Notes: generated by a model not told the origin, from the sequence alone. Positions 1 to 11,571 are shown, counted from the first letter of the stretch. The stretch is 64,000 bases of DNA from Oceanospirillaceae bacterium UBA1126 (GCA_002312935.1 DCAT01000059.1:2789-66788), one strand, 5' to 3'. A program made the numbers and translations.

Positions 1-2
1 AC

Positions 3-368
3 GTAACAGGTTTTGGGCTTATGGGGCACTTGGCAGAAGTATGTGAGGGGAGCCAATTACAGGCTGAAGTAGAATTTGACAAAATCCCCTTATTAACTGA
101 CCTTCAGTACTACCTAGACCAAGGCTGTGTGCCTGGGGGAAGCGGTAGAAATTTCGACAGCTATGGCCATAAACTAGGCGCACTCAATGAAGACCAGTTA
201 AATATCCTCTGCGACCCGCAAACCAGTGGCGGCTTATTAGTGGCTGTAGCCAAAGATCAAGTGACTGCAGCTGAAGCCCTTTGCCGTGCCGCAGCGCAAG
301 ACTGTGTTTGGATCGGACACTTATCTGCACCAAAAGATGCACAAAAACACTGGATTTCGGTGCTATAG
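3..368 (+). CDS. selD: Selenide, water dikinase (selenophosphate synthetase), 3' part; gene starts before the window
   Basis: Frame reads VTGFGLMGHL...LCDPQTSGGLLVAV, the SelD C-terminal motifs; directly followed by mnmH. Confidence 0.95.
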   Translation, partial: VTGFGLMGHLAEVCEGSQLQAEVEFDKIPLLTDLQYYLDQGCVPGGSGRNFDSYGHKLGALNEDQLNILCDPQTSGGLLVAVAKDQVTAAEALCRAAAQDCVWIGHLSAPKDAQKHWISVL

Positions 369-369
369 G

Positions 370-1500
370 ATGTCTAATAAATCCCTATTAATGTGCATGC
401 CCGAGCCAATTCAAGCGGCACAGTTTGATGACTTGCTATTAGGTCAACGGCCCATGTTTGACGTGCGAGCACCTATAGAATTTAATAAAGGCGCTTTTCC
501 TAATGTAATCAACTTGCCCTTAATGAGTGATGATGAGCGCCACCAAATAGGCAGCTGTTATAAAGAACAAGGCCAAGAAGCTGCGATCGCTTTAGGTCAC
601 CAGTTAGTCAGTGGTGCAACGAAAAACCAACGGGTTGAACAATGGCATGCGTTTGCAAGCCAGCACCCCAATGCAGTGCTATATTGTTTTCGGGGTGGGC
701 TTAGGTCTAAAGTGACGCAGCAATGGCTAGCCGAAGCAGGCATTGCCATTCCGTTTGTCGAAGGTGGGTACAAAGCACTTCGTACGCACTTGATAGAGCG
801 CTTAGACAAATTGGTAGAAGATGTCCCGGCATTTGTACTTAGTGGCCGCACTGGTACAGGTAAGACAGAGATACTGCCTCAGTTTGATCGGCCGATTGAT
901 TTAGAAGGTATCGCCAAGCACCGTGGGTCTAGTTTTGGTAAGTACATTGAAGAGCAGCCAAGTCAAATTAACTTTGAAAATAGTCTAGCCATTGCTTTAA
1001 TGCAGCTCAAAAAGGCCTCTAATAATCCAGTTATTTACGAAGACGAAAGTCGTTTGGTGGGGTGTCGTTTACTCCCACTAAGCCTCCAAGCTAAACTTAG
1101 ATCCTCTCCTATAATGGTTTTAAGTGATTGCTTTGATGCCCGTGTTGATCGTATTTTTGGCGAGTATGTAGTAAAGGCTATCGCTGCATGGCAGCAAGAG
1201 CTTGCTGATCCCAACGATGCTTTCTTAGCTTTTGGTGATAGCCTTTTACAGAGTATTAATCGTATTCGTAAACGTTTAGGTAGTGAAGCTCATACGCATC
1301 TTGTTAAACTGCTTGAAAAAGCTTTAAATCAACAGTCAAAGCGTAATAATTTAACTCACCATAAGGATTGGATTAGTTATTTACTGATTCATTATTATGA
1401 CCCAATGTACGACTACCAACTTTCCCTTAAGCAGGATCGTGTGGTGATGCAGGGAACCTCAAGTGAAATTGTCAGTTGGTATAAAACTAACAATTTTTAA
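370..1500 (+). CDS. mnmH: tRNA 2-selenouridine(34) synthase MnmH/SelU
   Basis: Rhodanese domain (DVRAPIEF, YCFRGGLRS) plus P-loop GRTGTGKT and DLEGIAKHRGSSFG; start taken at ATG 370 just after the selD stop (ATG 391/397 also possible). Confidence 0.95.
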   Translation: MSNKSLLMCMPEPIQAAQFDDLLLGQRPMFDVRAPIEFNKGAFPNVINLPLMSDDERHQIGSCYKEQGQEAAIALGHQLVSGATKNQRVEQWHAFASQHPNAVLYCFRGGLRSKVTQQWLAEAGIAIPFVEGGYKALRTHLIERLDKLVEDVPAFVLSGRTGTGKTEILPQFDRPIDLEGIAKHRGSSFGKYIEEQPSQINFENSLAIALMQLKKASNNPVIYEDESRLVGCRLLPLSLQAKLRSSPIMVLSDCFDARVDRIFGEYVVKAIAAWQQELADPNDAFLAFGDSLLQSINRIRKRLGSEAHTHLVKLLEKALNQQSKRNNLTHHKDWISYLLIHYYDPMYDYQLSLKQDRVVMQGTSSEIVSWYKTNNF

Positions 1501-1509
1501 TTGACCTAA

Positions 1510-2643
<1,134 letters not shown>

Positions 2644-2655
2644 GAACCATCTGTC

Positions 2656-3525
2656 ATGTCTTTAAAACAAATTTCAGAAGTCAAAGTCAGTGGTGGCCGC
2701 CTATTGCGGGTAGAACATTTGTCTGTGGTGTGCAACGGGAGCATGACCTTTGCTATATTCTTGCCACCACAAGCAAAACAGGGCACTGAAACAAAAATGG
2801 TGCCAGTGCTCTATTGGTTATCGGGCCTCACTTGTAACGATGAAAACTTTAGTCAAAAGGCTGGTGCATTTAGTATGGCCACAAAATTGGGTATGGCTAT
2901 CGTGATGCCGGATACTAGCCCTCGTGACGCTGCCATAGAAGGCGAAGACGAAGCCTACGACCTTGGCAGTGGTGCAGGTTTTTACGTCAACGCCACTCAG
3001 ACGCCTTGGTCTGATGCTTACAACATGTACAGTTATGTTACAGAAGAACTGCCAAGTATTATTCAAACCCACTATGCTGTGAGTGATCAGGCAGCTATTA
3101 GTGGCCACTCCATGGGAGGTCATGGGGCATTGATCTGCGCTTTAAAAAACCCAGGTAAATACGCCTCAGTATCAGCTTTTGCCCCCATTACGTCTCCATC
3201 GCAGTGCCCTTGGGGCCGAAAGGGCCTTACAGCATATCTGGGAAGCGATGAGGCCACATGGGCAGATTGGGATGCTAACCACCTGGTACAAAAAAACTAT
3301 GACGCAGGCATTATACCGCAAGCTATTTTGATTGATCAGGGTGCCAGTGATCCATTTTATGCTGATCAGTTGATGCCAGAATTATTCAACGCAACCTGTG
3401 AGCGTTTGCAACACCCAGTCGACTATCGTGAGCGAGAGGGTTACGACCATAGCTACTACTACATAAGCAGCTTTATTGATGAACACCTTCAGTATCATGC
3501 TGCAAACCTTGGAATAATGGCATAA
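2656..3525 (+). CDS. fghA: S-formylglutathione hydrolase
   Basis: WLSGLTC, GHSMGG nucleophile elbow, GYDHSYY; adjacent to frmA. Confidence 0.95.
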   Translation: MSLKQISEVKVSGGRLLRVEHLSVVCNGSMTFAIFLPPQAKQGTETKMVPVLYWLSGLTCNDENFSQKAGAFSMATKLGMAIVMPDTSPRDAAIEGEDEAYDLGSGAGFYVNATQTPWSDAYNMYSYVTEELPSIIQTHYAVSDQAAISGHSMGGHGALICALKNPGKYASVSAFAPITSPSQCPWGRKGLTAYLGSDEATWADWDANHLVQKNYDAGIIPQAILIDQGASDPFYADQLMPELFNATCERLQHPVDYREREGYDHSYYYISSFIDEHLQYHAANLGIMA

Positions 3526-3528
3526 ATA

Positions 3529-3876
3529 ATGACAGAAAAAAAGCGTCAAACTCGCCATGGTCATATGGCTCGTGTATCAAAGCTAGCCCTAGGTGATCAT
3601 GCTTTACCCGTCCGTTTTATGTACAAAACTATACCAGAACACAGTAATGATACTGGCTGGCGTTTGTTCACAGGATATGAAACTCCAGAATTTTTAAACG
3701 AGTTCTCAAACCTAGAACCTTTCCCATTGGAGCCTATGTGCGAAGCTGATTTAACCCTAGACGCACTGCTAGATAGTAATGCCGGTACTGTCTGGGAAAG
3801 GGCTCCAGAAAAATCATGGCAACAAGTTCACGACTTTGAAATTCCCGTGGAAGAAGTTGATGTTGAAGTGAGCTAA
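3529..3876 (+). CDS. DUF2185/Imm33-like small protein
   Basis: VRFMYK..P....DTGWRLFTGYE pattern typical of DUF2185; tightly packed in the operon. Confidence 0.65.
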   Translation: MTEKKRQTRHGHMARVSKLALGDHALPVRFMYKTIPEHSNDTGWRLFTGYETPEFLNEFSNLEPFPLEPMCEADLTLDALLDSNAGTVWERAPEKSWQQVHDFEIPVEEVDVEVS

Positions 3877-4661
3877 TGCTGCTCAATACGTTTCAATTTA
3901 ATCCGACTGGCGGTCACCCATTAGTCGTTTTACATGGGTTATTTGGATCACAGGACAACTGGCGCAGCCAAGCTTTAGAGTGGGCACAAGGTCGCTGGGT
4001 GATCACCATGGACCTACGTAATCATGGAATGTCTGGCCATCACCCATTAATGAACTATGCCACCATGGCAGAAGATGTGTGTGGTACGCTAGATGAGTTA
4101 GGTTTAAAAAGAGTCGACCTTTTAGGTCATTCGATGGGGGGTAAAGTGGCGATGCAATTAGCCATAAATCAACCGCAGCGCGTTAATAGCTTAGTGATAG
4201 CTGATATTGCCCCAGTGGCGTATCAACCGAGTCACCAAAGCATATTGGCAGGCCTTAACAGCATTGATCTAGCCACATTAGCGTCCCGCAAACAGGCGCT
4301 AGACTTGCTCATAAAGTATCAACCAGATGTGCAGGTCTGTCAGTTTTTATTGAAAAGTTTGTATAAAAATGATGCAGGGGAGTTTGCACTGCGCTATAAC
4401 CTCAAAGCCATTAAAGATAACTACCAAGCTATTAGTGCAGCGCCTACATCATCTATAAAGCTGCCATGCTTCAGTGGCCCGGTATTAATACTTAAGGGTG
4501 CAGATTCTCATTACATTTTAGCTGATCATAAGGAAGCGTTTGACACGTTATTGCCCAATGCAGAGCTTAAAATAATGACTGGCTGCGGCCATTGGCTTCA
4601 CGCTGAAAAACCAGAGTTGTTTTGCCGTCTGGTGACCCGTTTTCTAGATAGCCTCGTTTAA
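3876..4661 (+). CDS. ybfF: Alpha/beta hydrolase, YbfF-type esterase
   Basis: LHGLFGSQDNW, DLRNHG, GHSMGGK, GHWLHAEKP; TAATG overlap with the upstream gene. Confidence 0.85.
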   Translation: MLLNTFQFNPTGGHPLVVLHGLFGSQDNWRSQALEWAQGRWVITMDLRNHGMSGHHPLMNYATMAEDVCGTLDELGLKRVDLLGHSMGGKVAMQLAINQPQRVNSLVIADIAPVAYQPSHQSILAGLNSIDLATLASRKQALDLLIKYQPDVQVCQFLLKSLYKNDAGEFALRYNLKAIKDNYQAISAAPTSSIKLPCFSGPVLILKGADSHYILADHKEAFDTLLPNAELKIMTGCGHWLHAEKPELFCRLVTRFLDSLV

Positions 4662-4664
4662 GTC

Positions 4665-5825
4665 GTGCGCATATTATTACTTTCAGCTTACGACGCAAAA
4701 AGTCATCAGTACTGGCGTGAGGGTCTAGTTGCTCAGTTTCCAAACTATGAATGGACCCAATTAGTGCTGCCTGGGCGTTATTTCAGTTGGCGCATTCGTG
4801 GTAACAGCATGCAGTGGGCTTTGGGAGAACGGTCTACGTTAGAGCAGCCCTATGATTTAGTGATTGCAACATCGATGGTGGACTTAGCATCCCTAAAAGG
4901 GTTTGTAGCTAATTTAGCGAATATCCCAACCATTCTCTATTTCCACGAAAATCAATTTGTTTACCCGCCAAGTCAGGCTAATGCTAAGCACCACTTAGAT
5001 CCTAAAATGGTGAGCCTTTATGCAGCTTTAGCAGCGGATAGATTAGTATTCAATAGTCAATACAACCAGCAAAGCTTTAGCACTGGGGTGGAGGACTTGC
5101 TCAACCAACTGCCCGAAAAAATGCCGGTAAACGTGGTTGAATTGTTAGGTCGGAAAAGTTGCGTGTTACCAGTGCCTATTGCATCTTTGGACACTACATC
5201 TATGACTCTTAAAAATAATGAGCCTCAGCAAACCCCTTGGCCCGAACGAGAAGATGGGTCACCCTTAAGGTTAGTCTGGGCGGCACGGTGGGAATACGAC
5301 AAAGGCCCGCAACAACTCCAAGCCATATTACAAGAATTGCGAAAAAGAGGGGTAGATTTTCAGTTATGCGTGCTGGGGCAAAAATTTCGCCAACAACCAA
5401 TAGAGTTTAATCAGATAAAAGCTGAGTTCGCCACTAACCTCGTTCAATTTGGCTATGCAGCCTCTCGCCAGCACTACCTAAACTGGCTGGAGGGGGCAGA
5501 TATGATCTTATCTACTGCACTGCATGAGTTTCAAGGACTCGCTGTGTTAGAAGCGGTTCAGCTAGGTTGTATCCCCATATTGCCAAATCGTCTAGTGTAT
5601 GCTGAAATTTTTGGCTTAAAGTATGTCTATGAGTCTACACCTGAAGACCGTCAAAAAGAATCTATTGCAGCAGTTAACCTGATACAAAAGCTGGCACTAG
5701 GCCAAAAGCAGGGTAATTTAGCTAAGACGGTTGCTCAGTCCTTAGCGTGGCCCACCATGAAACATAAATATCACCAATTGTTGAATTTTAAAGTATCTAA
5801 AGCGCCAGAACGTATTACTTTTTAA
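4665..5825 (+). CDS. DUF3524 + GT-B glycosyltransferase, homologue of tRNA-queuosine alpha-mannosyltransferase (GTDC1/QTMAN)
   Basis: SHQYW, LPGRYFSWR, YFHENQ, VFNSQYN, WAARWEYDK, STALHEFQGLAVLEAV..GC.P..P.RLVY.EIF match the GTDC1-family pattern; GTG start 3 nt after the ybfF stop. Confidence 0.85.
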   Translation: MRILLLSAYDAKSHQYWREGLVAQFPNYEWTQLVLPGRYFSWRIRGNSMQWALGERSTLEQPYDLVIATSMVDLASLKGFVANLANIPTILYFHENQFVYPPSQANAKHHLDPKMVSLYAALAADRLVFNSQYNQQSFSTGVEDLLNQLPEKMPVNVVELLGRKSCVLPVPIASLDTTSMTLKNNEPQQTPWPEREDGSPLRLVWAARWEYDKGPQQLQAILQELRKRGVDFQLCVLGQKFRQQPIEFNQIKAEFATNLVQFGYAASRQHYLNWLEGADMILSTALHEFQGLAVLEAVQLGCIPILPNRLVYAEIFGLKYVYESTPEDRQKESIAAVNLIQKLALGQKQGNLAKTVAQSLAWPTMKHKYHQLLNFKVSKAPERITF

Positions 5826-6012
5826 GGTTTTATGTAAACTGTTACTTCAAGGGTTTTCAATACGTACTGCTATTCTGGCACTTTAAGTTTATTGATGGAC
5901 GAGCAGATTTTAACGTTGCAACAAATACCAGAGGTAAACACAAATGGGGCTCGAAGCGTGTTAAAATACGTCTATTAGACGACTCAACAACTGCTATTGA
6001 GCAAAACCAACT

Positions 6013-6192
6013 ATGACCCGTGCCAAAAAGAAAATGCCTGCTGTAGCTGGGGTAACCTTTAGCCCCAACAAGAAGAAAAAGATTGTTGCTAAATCTTTTT
6101 CGCCTTCAAGTTATCAAGCACGTAAACAAAAAGGCTTAGCCACCAAAAAGAAACAAACATCTGTATTTCAACAACACCAAGACGAGGCCTAG
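6013..6192 (+). CDS. Small Lys-rich hypothetical protein, 59 aa (absent from the ORF track)
   Basis: ATG..TAG frame MTRAKKKMPAVAGVTFSPNKKKKIVAKSFSPSSYQARKQKGLATKKKQTSVFQQHQDEA; ends 4 nt before the next ATG; TGnTAAAAT upstream. Confidence 0.6.
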   Translation: MTRAKKKMPAVAGVTFSPNKKKKIVAKSFSPSSYQARKQKGLATKKKQTSVFQQHQDEA

Positions 6193-6196
6193 TTTA

Positions 6197-6961
6197 ATGG
6201 AGACTATAACCAGCTACATTGCCGCATTATTCCCAGATCATGGCTGGAATTTACTGGCTTTAGTTTGGTTTATTGTTGTGGTTCGGGGTTATCAAGCTTA
6301 TGCTATTAAGGCTTCGCGAAGCAAAGATTCCTTAGCAGGAGTGCTACATGCATACCGACAACGATGGATGATTCGCATGATTGACCGTGACATGCGCATG
6401 GCAGACATTGGAGCTGTTGCTAATTTAGAGCGTTATGTGACTTTATTTGCGTCCTCTAGCTTGCTTATTTTAGCGGGCCTTGTGACCTTAGTTGGCTACA
6501 CTGATGACGTGGTTCACATTGGCCGGGGTATTCCATTTTTACCTCCTCAGTCGCCTTTAGAGTGGCAATTTAAGCTGTTCTTTTTGATATTGCTGTTTGT
6601 GTATGCTTTTTTTAAGTTTACATGGAGCCTCAGGCAATACGGCTTTGCCACAGTAATGATCTCCAGTGCGCCAGTAGCCCATGGCGATATCTCTGATAAT
6701 AAAGACCTTATGGACCATGTTAATCGCTCTGCTAAGGTGCTATCCATGGCAGGTAATAATTTTAACTTTGGCCTGCGAGCCTACTATTACAGCCTTGCTG
6801 TGTTGACGTGGTCAATACACCCATTGGTGTTTATGGTGACTACCTGTGTGGTGGTATACATTCTCTATAGCCGTGAGTTTAAGTCAAGTTCACTGGCAGA
6901 ACTCAGGGGTTCTAACGACTCCAAGAATCGAAAAACATTAGTAGACTATCATCTAATATAG
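6197..6961 (+). CDS. DUF599 family membrane protein
   Basis: Hydrophobic segments, R..WM..M..RD.R..D, FFKFTWSLRQY, FN.GLRAYYY; familiar synteny with PaaI pair and htpG. Confidence 0.85.
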   Translation: METITSYIAALFPDHGWNLLALVWFIVVVRGYQAYAIKASRSKDSLAGVLHAYRQRWMIRMIDRDMRMADIGAVANLERYVTLFASSSLLILAGLVTLVGYTDDVVHIGRGIPFLPPQSPLEWQFKLFFLILLFVYAFFKFTWSLRQYGFATVMISSAPVAHGDISDNKDLMDHVNRSAKVLSMAGNNFNFGLRAYYYSLAVLTWSIHPLVFMVTTCVVVYILYSREFKSSSLAELRGSNDSKNRKTLVDYHLI

Positions 6962-6984
6962 TTATGCTAAATTAGGCAAGTTTT

Positions 6985-7461
6985 ATGGATTCTAAAGAAC
7001 TCTTGACGCAAGGTAATAACTTTTTACAGGTGTTACCTCATTGTAAAAAGCTAGGAATGAAAGTAATCACGGCTTCAAAGGGACAGGCGACAATAGAACT
7101 CCCGTATAATCCAGAAATATTGGGTATAGACTCACACGGTTATGTGCACGGCGGTATCTTAACCACCATGATGGATACTGTGTGTGGGTTTGCGGTCACT
7201 TCAGCCCTGCCGGCACAAGAGTTTTGTCCTACATTAGATCTAAGAATGGATCACATGCGTCGAGCAAGCGCAAAAGGCTCAATTTTTGCCTGGGCGCAGT
7301 GCTACAAAATTACTCGCAGTATTTGTTTTACACGGGGTTACGCCTACCAAGATGACCCTGATGACCCAATTGTTCACTGTGTGGCTACTTTTGTGCGCAG
7401 CGGAAAAGCTTGGGGTAAGGGCGGTTTTGTAAAGCTGGGTGCAGAGGACTTATTACTATGA
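6985..7461 (+). CDS. PaaI family (hotdog-fold) thioesterase
   Basis: HGGILTTMMD, CPTLDLRMD. Confidence 0.85.
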   Translation: MDSKELLTQGNNFLQVLPHCKKLGMKVITASKGQATIELPYNPEILGIDSHGYVHGGILTTMMDTVCGFAVTSALPAQEFCPTLDLRMDHMRRASAKGSIFAWAQCYKITRSICFTRGYAYQDDPDDPIVHCVATFVRSGKAWGKGGFVKLGAEDLLL

Positions 7462-7898
7462 AACTTAAACAGCTCATAGAATCATCCAAACTACAGGATG
7501 ATTACTCTGCCATATTAGATTTTATTCCTTATGCTAAATTTATCGGTGTGACTATTACACAGGATAAAAATGGTTGGTTATTTACCCTAGCGACTGAGCC
7601 TAACAATATCGGCAACCCAATTACGCCTGCTCTGCATGGGGGTGTGATCGCTGGCTTTATGGAAGTGGCTGCGGCTCTGGGACAGATGTTAACAAGCCAA
7701 CATCCAACCATTCCTAAGATTATAAATTTTTCTATTGATTATATTCGGGCTGCGGGTGTTAAACCTACTTATGCTCGATGCAGCATTGTTCGACAAGGTA
7801 AGCGAATTGCCAACATTACGGTGCTAGCTTGGCAAAAGGATGAGCTTCAACCCATCGCTACAGCTAGAGCGCACTTTTTATTAGGTGAAGAGGTATAA
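7458..7898 (+). CDS. PaaI family (hotdog-fold) thioesterase
   Basis: IPYAKFIG, LHGGVIAGFME, FSIDYIR; ATGA overlap with the previous gene. Confidence 0.85.
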   Translation: MKLKQLIESSKLQDDYSAILDFIPYAKFIGVTITQDKNGWLFTLATEPNNIGNPITPALHGGVIAGFMEVAAALGQMLTSQHPTIPKIINFSIDYIRAAGVKPTYARCSIVRQGKRIANITVLAWQKDELQPIATARAHFLLGEEV

Positions 7899-7912
7899 AG
7901 CAAGTGATATAG

Positions 7913-7938
7913 CTTGAAATTACTCAAGCCACCCCCAT
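7913..7938 (+). promoter_or_regulatory. Sigma-32 (RpoH) heat-shock promoter of htpG
   Basis: CTTGAAA-N13-CCCCAT, matching the RpoH consensus, about 70 nt upstream of htpG. Confidence 0.88.
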
Positions 7939-8005
7939 AATTGCCCCCTTAACCACTTTACTAGCGCTAATGCCCAACCCATGTTTTCCGGAGAAATAAC
8001 GCCCT

Positions 8006-9907
8006 ATGAGCACTGATACTCAAACTGAGACTTTAGGTTTTCAAACAGAAGTTAAACAGCTTTTACACTTAATGATTCATTCCTTGTACAGCAATAAGGA
8101 AATCTTTCTTCGCGAACTAATTTCTAATGCATCAGATGCGGCAGACAAAATGCGTTTTGCTGCAGTTTCAGATGGCAGTCTTTACGGTGATGACAGTGAC
8201 CTTGCTATCCGTATCAAATTTGATAAAGACGCCAATACACTAAGCATTAGTGACAATGGCATTGGCATGGACCGCACCGATGTAATTGACCACCTAGGTA
8301 CGATTGCCAAGTCGGGCACTTCTGAATTCTTACAAAATCTAACAGGTGATCAACAAAAAGATTCACAGTTGATCGGTCAATTTGGTGTTGGTTTTTACTC
8401 ATCCTTTATTGTTGCTGACGAAGTTGAAGTAATTACTCGTAAAGCCGGCTCAAAAACCTCTGAAGGCGTATTATGGCGTTCAAAAGGTGAAGGTGAGTTT
8501 GATATTTCTCAAGTTGAAAAAGAAGGCCGCGGTACAGAAATTATCTTGCATCTCAAAGCAGATGAAAGTGAGTTTGCAGAAGGCTTCCGTCTACGCAGTT
8601 TAGTGCGTAAGTACTCTGACCATATTTCAATTCCTGTCATCATGATGAAAGAACATTATGGCGAAGATGCAGACAAGCAAGATCCAGAAGAAGAAACAGT
8701 TAACTCAGCCACAGCTCTTTGGACTAAGTCTCGCTCAGAAGTGAAGGATGAAGAATATCACGAGTTTTATAAGCACGTATCACACGACTTCCAGGAGCCT
8801 TTGTCATGGGCCCACAATAAAGTAGAAGGTAAGCTTGAATATACTAGTTTGCTATATATCCCAGCCAAAGCGCCAATGGATATGTATCAGCGAGAAGCAA
8901 CCCGTGGTCTAAAGTTATACGTTCAACGTGTCTTCATTATGGATGAAGCTGAGCAATTCTTACCCATGTACCTACGTTTCATTAAAGGGGTAGTAGACAG
9001 CAACGATTTGTCTCTTAATGTGTCTCGAGAAATTTTGCAAAAAGACCCCGTCATTGATTCAATGCGCGCAGCACTGACCAAACGTGTGCTTGATGTGCTT
9101 GAAAAAATGTCTAAAAAGCAGCCTGAACAGTACGCTACTTTCTGGAAAGAGTTTGGCCAGGTTATGAAAGAAGGACCTGCAGAAGACCACAATAATAAAG
9201 AGAAAATAGCTAAATTATTGCGTTTCTCTTCGAGTACTGATGACAAAACAGAGCAAGTGCATAGTTTGGCTGAATACAAAGCCCGCATGCAAGAAGGCCA
9301 AGATAAAATCTATTATGTGGTTGCTGATAACCACAACACTGCAAAGAATAGCCCTCATCTGGAAATCTTCCGCAAGAAAGGCATTGAGGTTCTGTTATTG
9401 TCAGAGCGTGTAGACGAGTGGTTGATGTCCCATATGATGGACTTTGATGGAACCCAGTTGCAAGACGTTGCCAAAGGTACGTTAGATCTTGGCGAAGTTG
9501 AAGACGAGGCCGAAAAGCAAGAACACGAAGAACAAGCCAAGCAATATGAAGGCCTAGTTGAACGGGTAAAAACTTTACTGGAAGGCCAAGTAGAGAATGT
9601 GCGTATCACCCATCGATTGACTGACTCACCAGCCTGTTTGGTGGTTGGCGAAGACGATATGGGCATGCAGATGCGTCGTATTATGGAAGCTGCTGGCCAA
9701 GCAATGCCATCTACTAAACCCACCTTTGAGCTTAATCCTGAACACCCATTAGTGGCCAAGCTAAATGATGAAGCTGATGAAGACCGTTTTAGTGAGCTAA
9801 CACGCGTACTATTTGACCAAGCCCAATTAGCTGAGGGAGGTCAATTGGAAGACCCCGCAGCTTACGTTTCGCGACTTAATAAGTTATTGCTAGAACTCAC
9901 TACTTAA
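8006..9907 (+). CDS. htpG: Chaperone HtpG (Hsp90)
   Basis: [34 protein letters not shown]. Confidence 0.98.
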   Translation: MSTDTQTETLGFQTEVKQLLHLMIHSLYSNKEIFLRELISNASDAADKMRFAAVSDGSLYGDDSDLAIRIKFDKDANTLSISDNGIGMDRTDVIDHLGTIAKSGTSEFLQNLTGDQQKDSQLIGQFGVGFYSSFIVADEVEVITRKAGSKTSEGVLWRSKGEGEFDISQVEKEGRGTEIILHLKADESEFAEGFRLRSLVRKYSDHISIPVIMMKEHYGEDADKQDPEEETVNSATALWTKSRSEVKDEEYHEFYKHVSHDFQEPLSWAHNKVEGKLEYTSLLYIPAKAPMDMYQREATRGLKLYVQRVFIMDEAEQFLPMYLRFIKGVVDSNDLSLNVSREILQKDPVIDSMRAALTKRVLDVLEKMSKKQPEQYATFWKEFGQVMKEGPAEDHNNKEKIAKLLRFSSSTDDKTEQVHSLAEYKARMQEGQDKIYYVVADNHNTAKNSPHLEIFRKKGIEVLLLSERVDEWLMSHMMDFDGTQLQDVAKGTLDLGEVEDEAEKQEHEEQAKQYEGLVERVKTLLEGQVENVRITHRLTDSPACLVVGEDDMGMQMRRIMEAAGQAMPSTKPTFELNPEHPLVAKLNDEADEDRFSELTRVLFDQAQLAEGGQLEDPAAYVSRLNKLLLELTT

Positions 9908-9928
9908 TTAACTTAAGTAACTTAAAGA

Positions 9929-9964
9929 GCCCCCGTTTAGAATGTTAGCCGGGGGTTTTTTTAT
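9929..9964 (+). terminator. Rho-independent terminator of htpG
   Basis: GCCCCCG...CGGGGGT stem followed by a T-run. Confidence 0.75.
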
Positions 9965-10182
9965 GGGCTAGAACTAATAATTAAAATTTAAACCGTTAAA
10001 AATAACCACGCTGGACATCAATTTTGCTAAGCTGAGATATATCAATCTTTGCTACCCTAATTGTAAATGAGATTAATTGTTATGTGATGAATAAATTACT
10101 CCCATAGTCAGTTTAGTTATAGGCTAATAGTGGTACTTATTATGATGATGAAAAAGCAATAAACATGATTGGAGGCTCGTCA

Positions 10183-11565
10183 ATGAACTCAAAGCAACAA
10201 GGCCTGGCACGGTTAAAAAACGTATTTGGAGACCAATACAGTGACAATGCCACTGCTCGTGAACAACATAGTTGTGGTGAAAGCTTTGTCAGTGAACTTT
10301 TGCCTGACGCTGTGCTGATGCTTAATTCCACTAAAGCGGTAGCTGAGGCAGTATGCATCTGCAGTGAGCACAGCATCCCAATCATTGCGTTTGGCACAGG
10401 GACATCGTTAGAGGGGCAGTTAGTCCCTGTTAATGGTGGTGTGAGCTTTGATTTAACGGGTATGGATAAGGTGCTTGAAATCAATGCAGAAGACTTTGAT
10501 GTAAAGTTGCAGGCGGGTGTTACCCGTGAAGCCTTGAATTATGCGTTAAAGACTAGTGGTCTATTTTTCCCCTTAGATCCCGGTGCTAATGCCAGCTTAG
10601 GTGGCATGGCCTCCACAAGAGCCTCTGGAACAAATGCTGTGCGTTACGGCACTATGAAAGAGGTGGTTCTTGGGCTTACGGTGGTGACGCCTAATGGTGA
10701 TGTGATACAAACTGGAGGCCGATCAAGAAAGAGCGCAGCAGGTTACGACTTAACCCATCTTTATATTGGTGCTGAAGGCACATTAGGTATTATTACAGAA
10801 TTAAGGTTACGTATTTTCCCAGTTCCAGAGCAGATTCGGGCAGCGGTCTGCAGTTTTAGTAGCGTCAATCAGGCTGCTCAATGTGTCATTGAATGTATGC
10901 AGCTGGCTGTGCCACTGGCCCGTATTGAATTACTTAACAGCTGCCAGATGGGCGCCTGTATTGAATACTCTAAGCTACAGGGGTTTACTGCACAACCAAC
11001 CTTATTTATGGAGTTCCATGGCTCAAAATCCAGTGTTGATGAGCAGGTTGCTTTGGTTGAGTCCGTAGCCCAAGAATACAACGGAGATGATTTCCGTTGT
11101 GCCGAAACCTTAGAGCAGCGAAATGAATTATGGAAAGCAAGGCACCAAGCTTATTTTGCTTGTTTAGCACTTAACCCGGGCGCTAGCGTTATTAGTACTG
11201 ATGTGTGCGTGCCTATTTCCAAGCTCGCTGAATGTATTGAGTTGTCAGAAGCCAAGGCTCTAGAGTTAGGCTTTAACTGCCCATTAGTGGGCCATGTGGG
11301 TGACGGTAATTTCCACCTTATTATTCCTTTCTACCCAGACAACCAAGAACAAGTTGAGGCTGCTAATGCGTTAAGCCACTATCTGGTTCAGCAGGCATTG
11401 GCAATGCAAGGCACATGCACAGGGGAGCACGGAATAGGTTTAAGAAAGAAGGCTTACCTTCTGGAGGAACATGGCGCCCAAGCTGTTCAAACTATGAGGT
11501 TAATCAAACAGGCTTTGGACCCCAAAAATATTATGAACCCAGGTAAAATATTTGACTTGGCTTAA
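10183..11565 (+). CDS. FAD-linked oxidase, D-lactate dehydrogenase (cytochrome)/GlcD-like
   Basis: FGTGTSLEG, DPGANASLGGM..T.ASGTNAVRYG, GHVGDGNFH, TGEHGIG, NPGK; GGAGG precedes ATG 10183. Confidence 0.88.
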   Translation: MNSKQQGLARLKNVFGDQYSDNATAREQHSCGESFVSELLPDAVLMLNSTKAVAEAVCICSEHSIPIIAFGTGTSLEGQLVPVNGGVSFDLTGMDKVLEINAEDFDVKLQAGVTREALNYALKTSGLFFPLDPGANASLGGMASTRASGTNAVRYGTMKEVVLGLTVVTPNGDVIQTGGRSRKSAAGYDLTHLYIGAEGTLGIITELRLRIFPVPEQIRAAVCSFSSVNQAAQCVIECMQLAVPLARIELLNSCQMGACIEYSKLQGFTAQPTLFMEFHGSKSSVDEQVALVESVAQEYNGDDFRCAETLEQRNELWKARHQAYFACLALNPGASVISTDVCVPISKLAECIELSEAKALELGFNCPLVGHVGDGNFHLIIPFYPDNQEQVEAANALSHYLVQQALAMQGTCTGEHGIGLRKKAYLLEEHGAQAVQTMRLIKQALDPKNIMNPGKIFDLA

Positions 11566-11571
11566 TTTAAC

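Noticed and set aside
3-1500. Selenocysteine recoding (in-frame TGA/SECIS) in or near selD
   Set aside because: The selD N-terminus, where Sec/Cys would lie, is outside the window, and no in-frame TGA interrupts a recognised gene here
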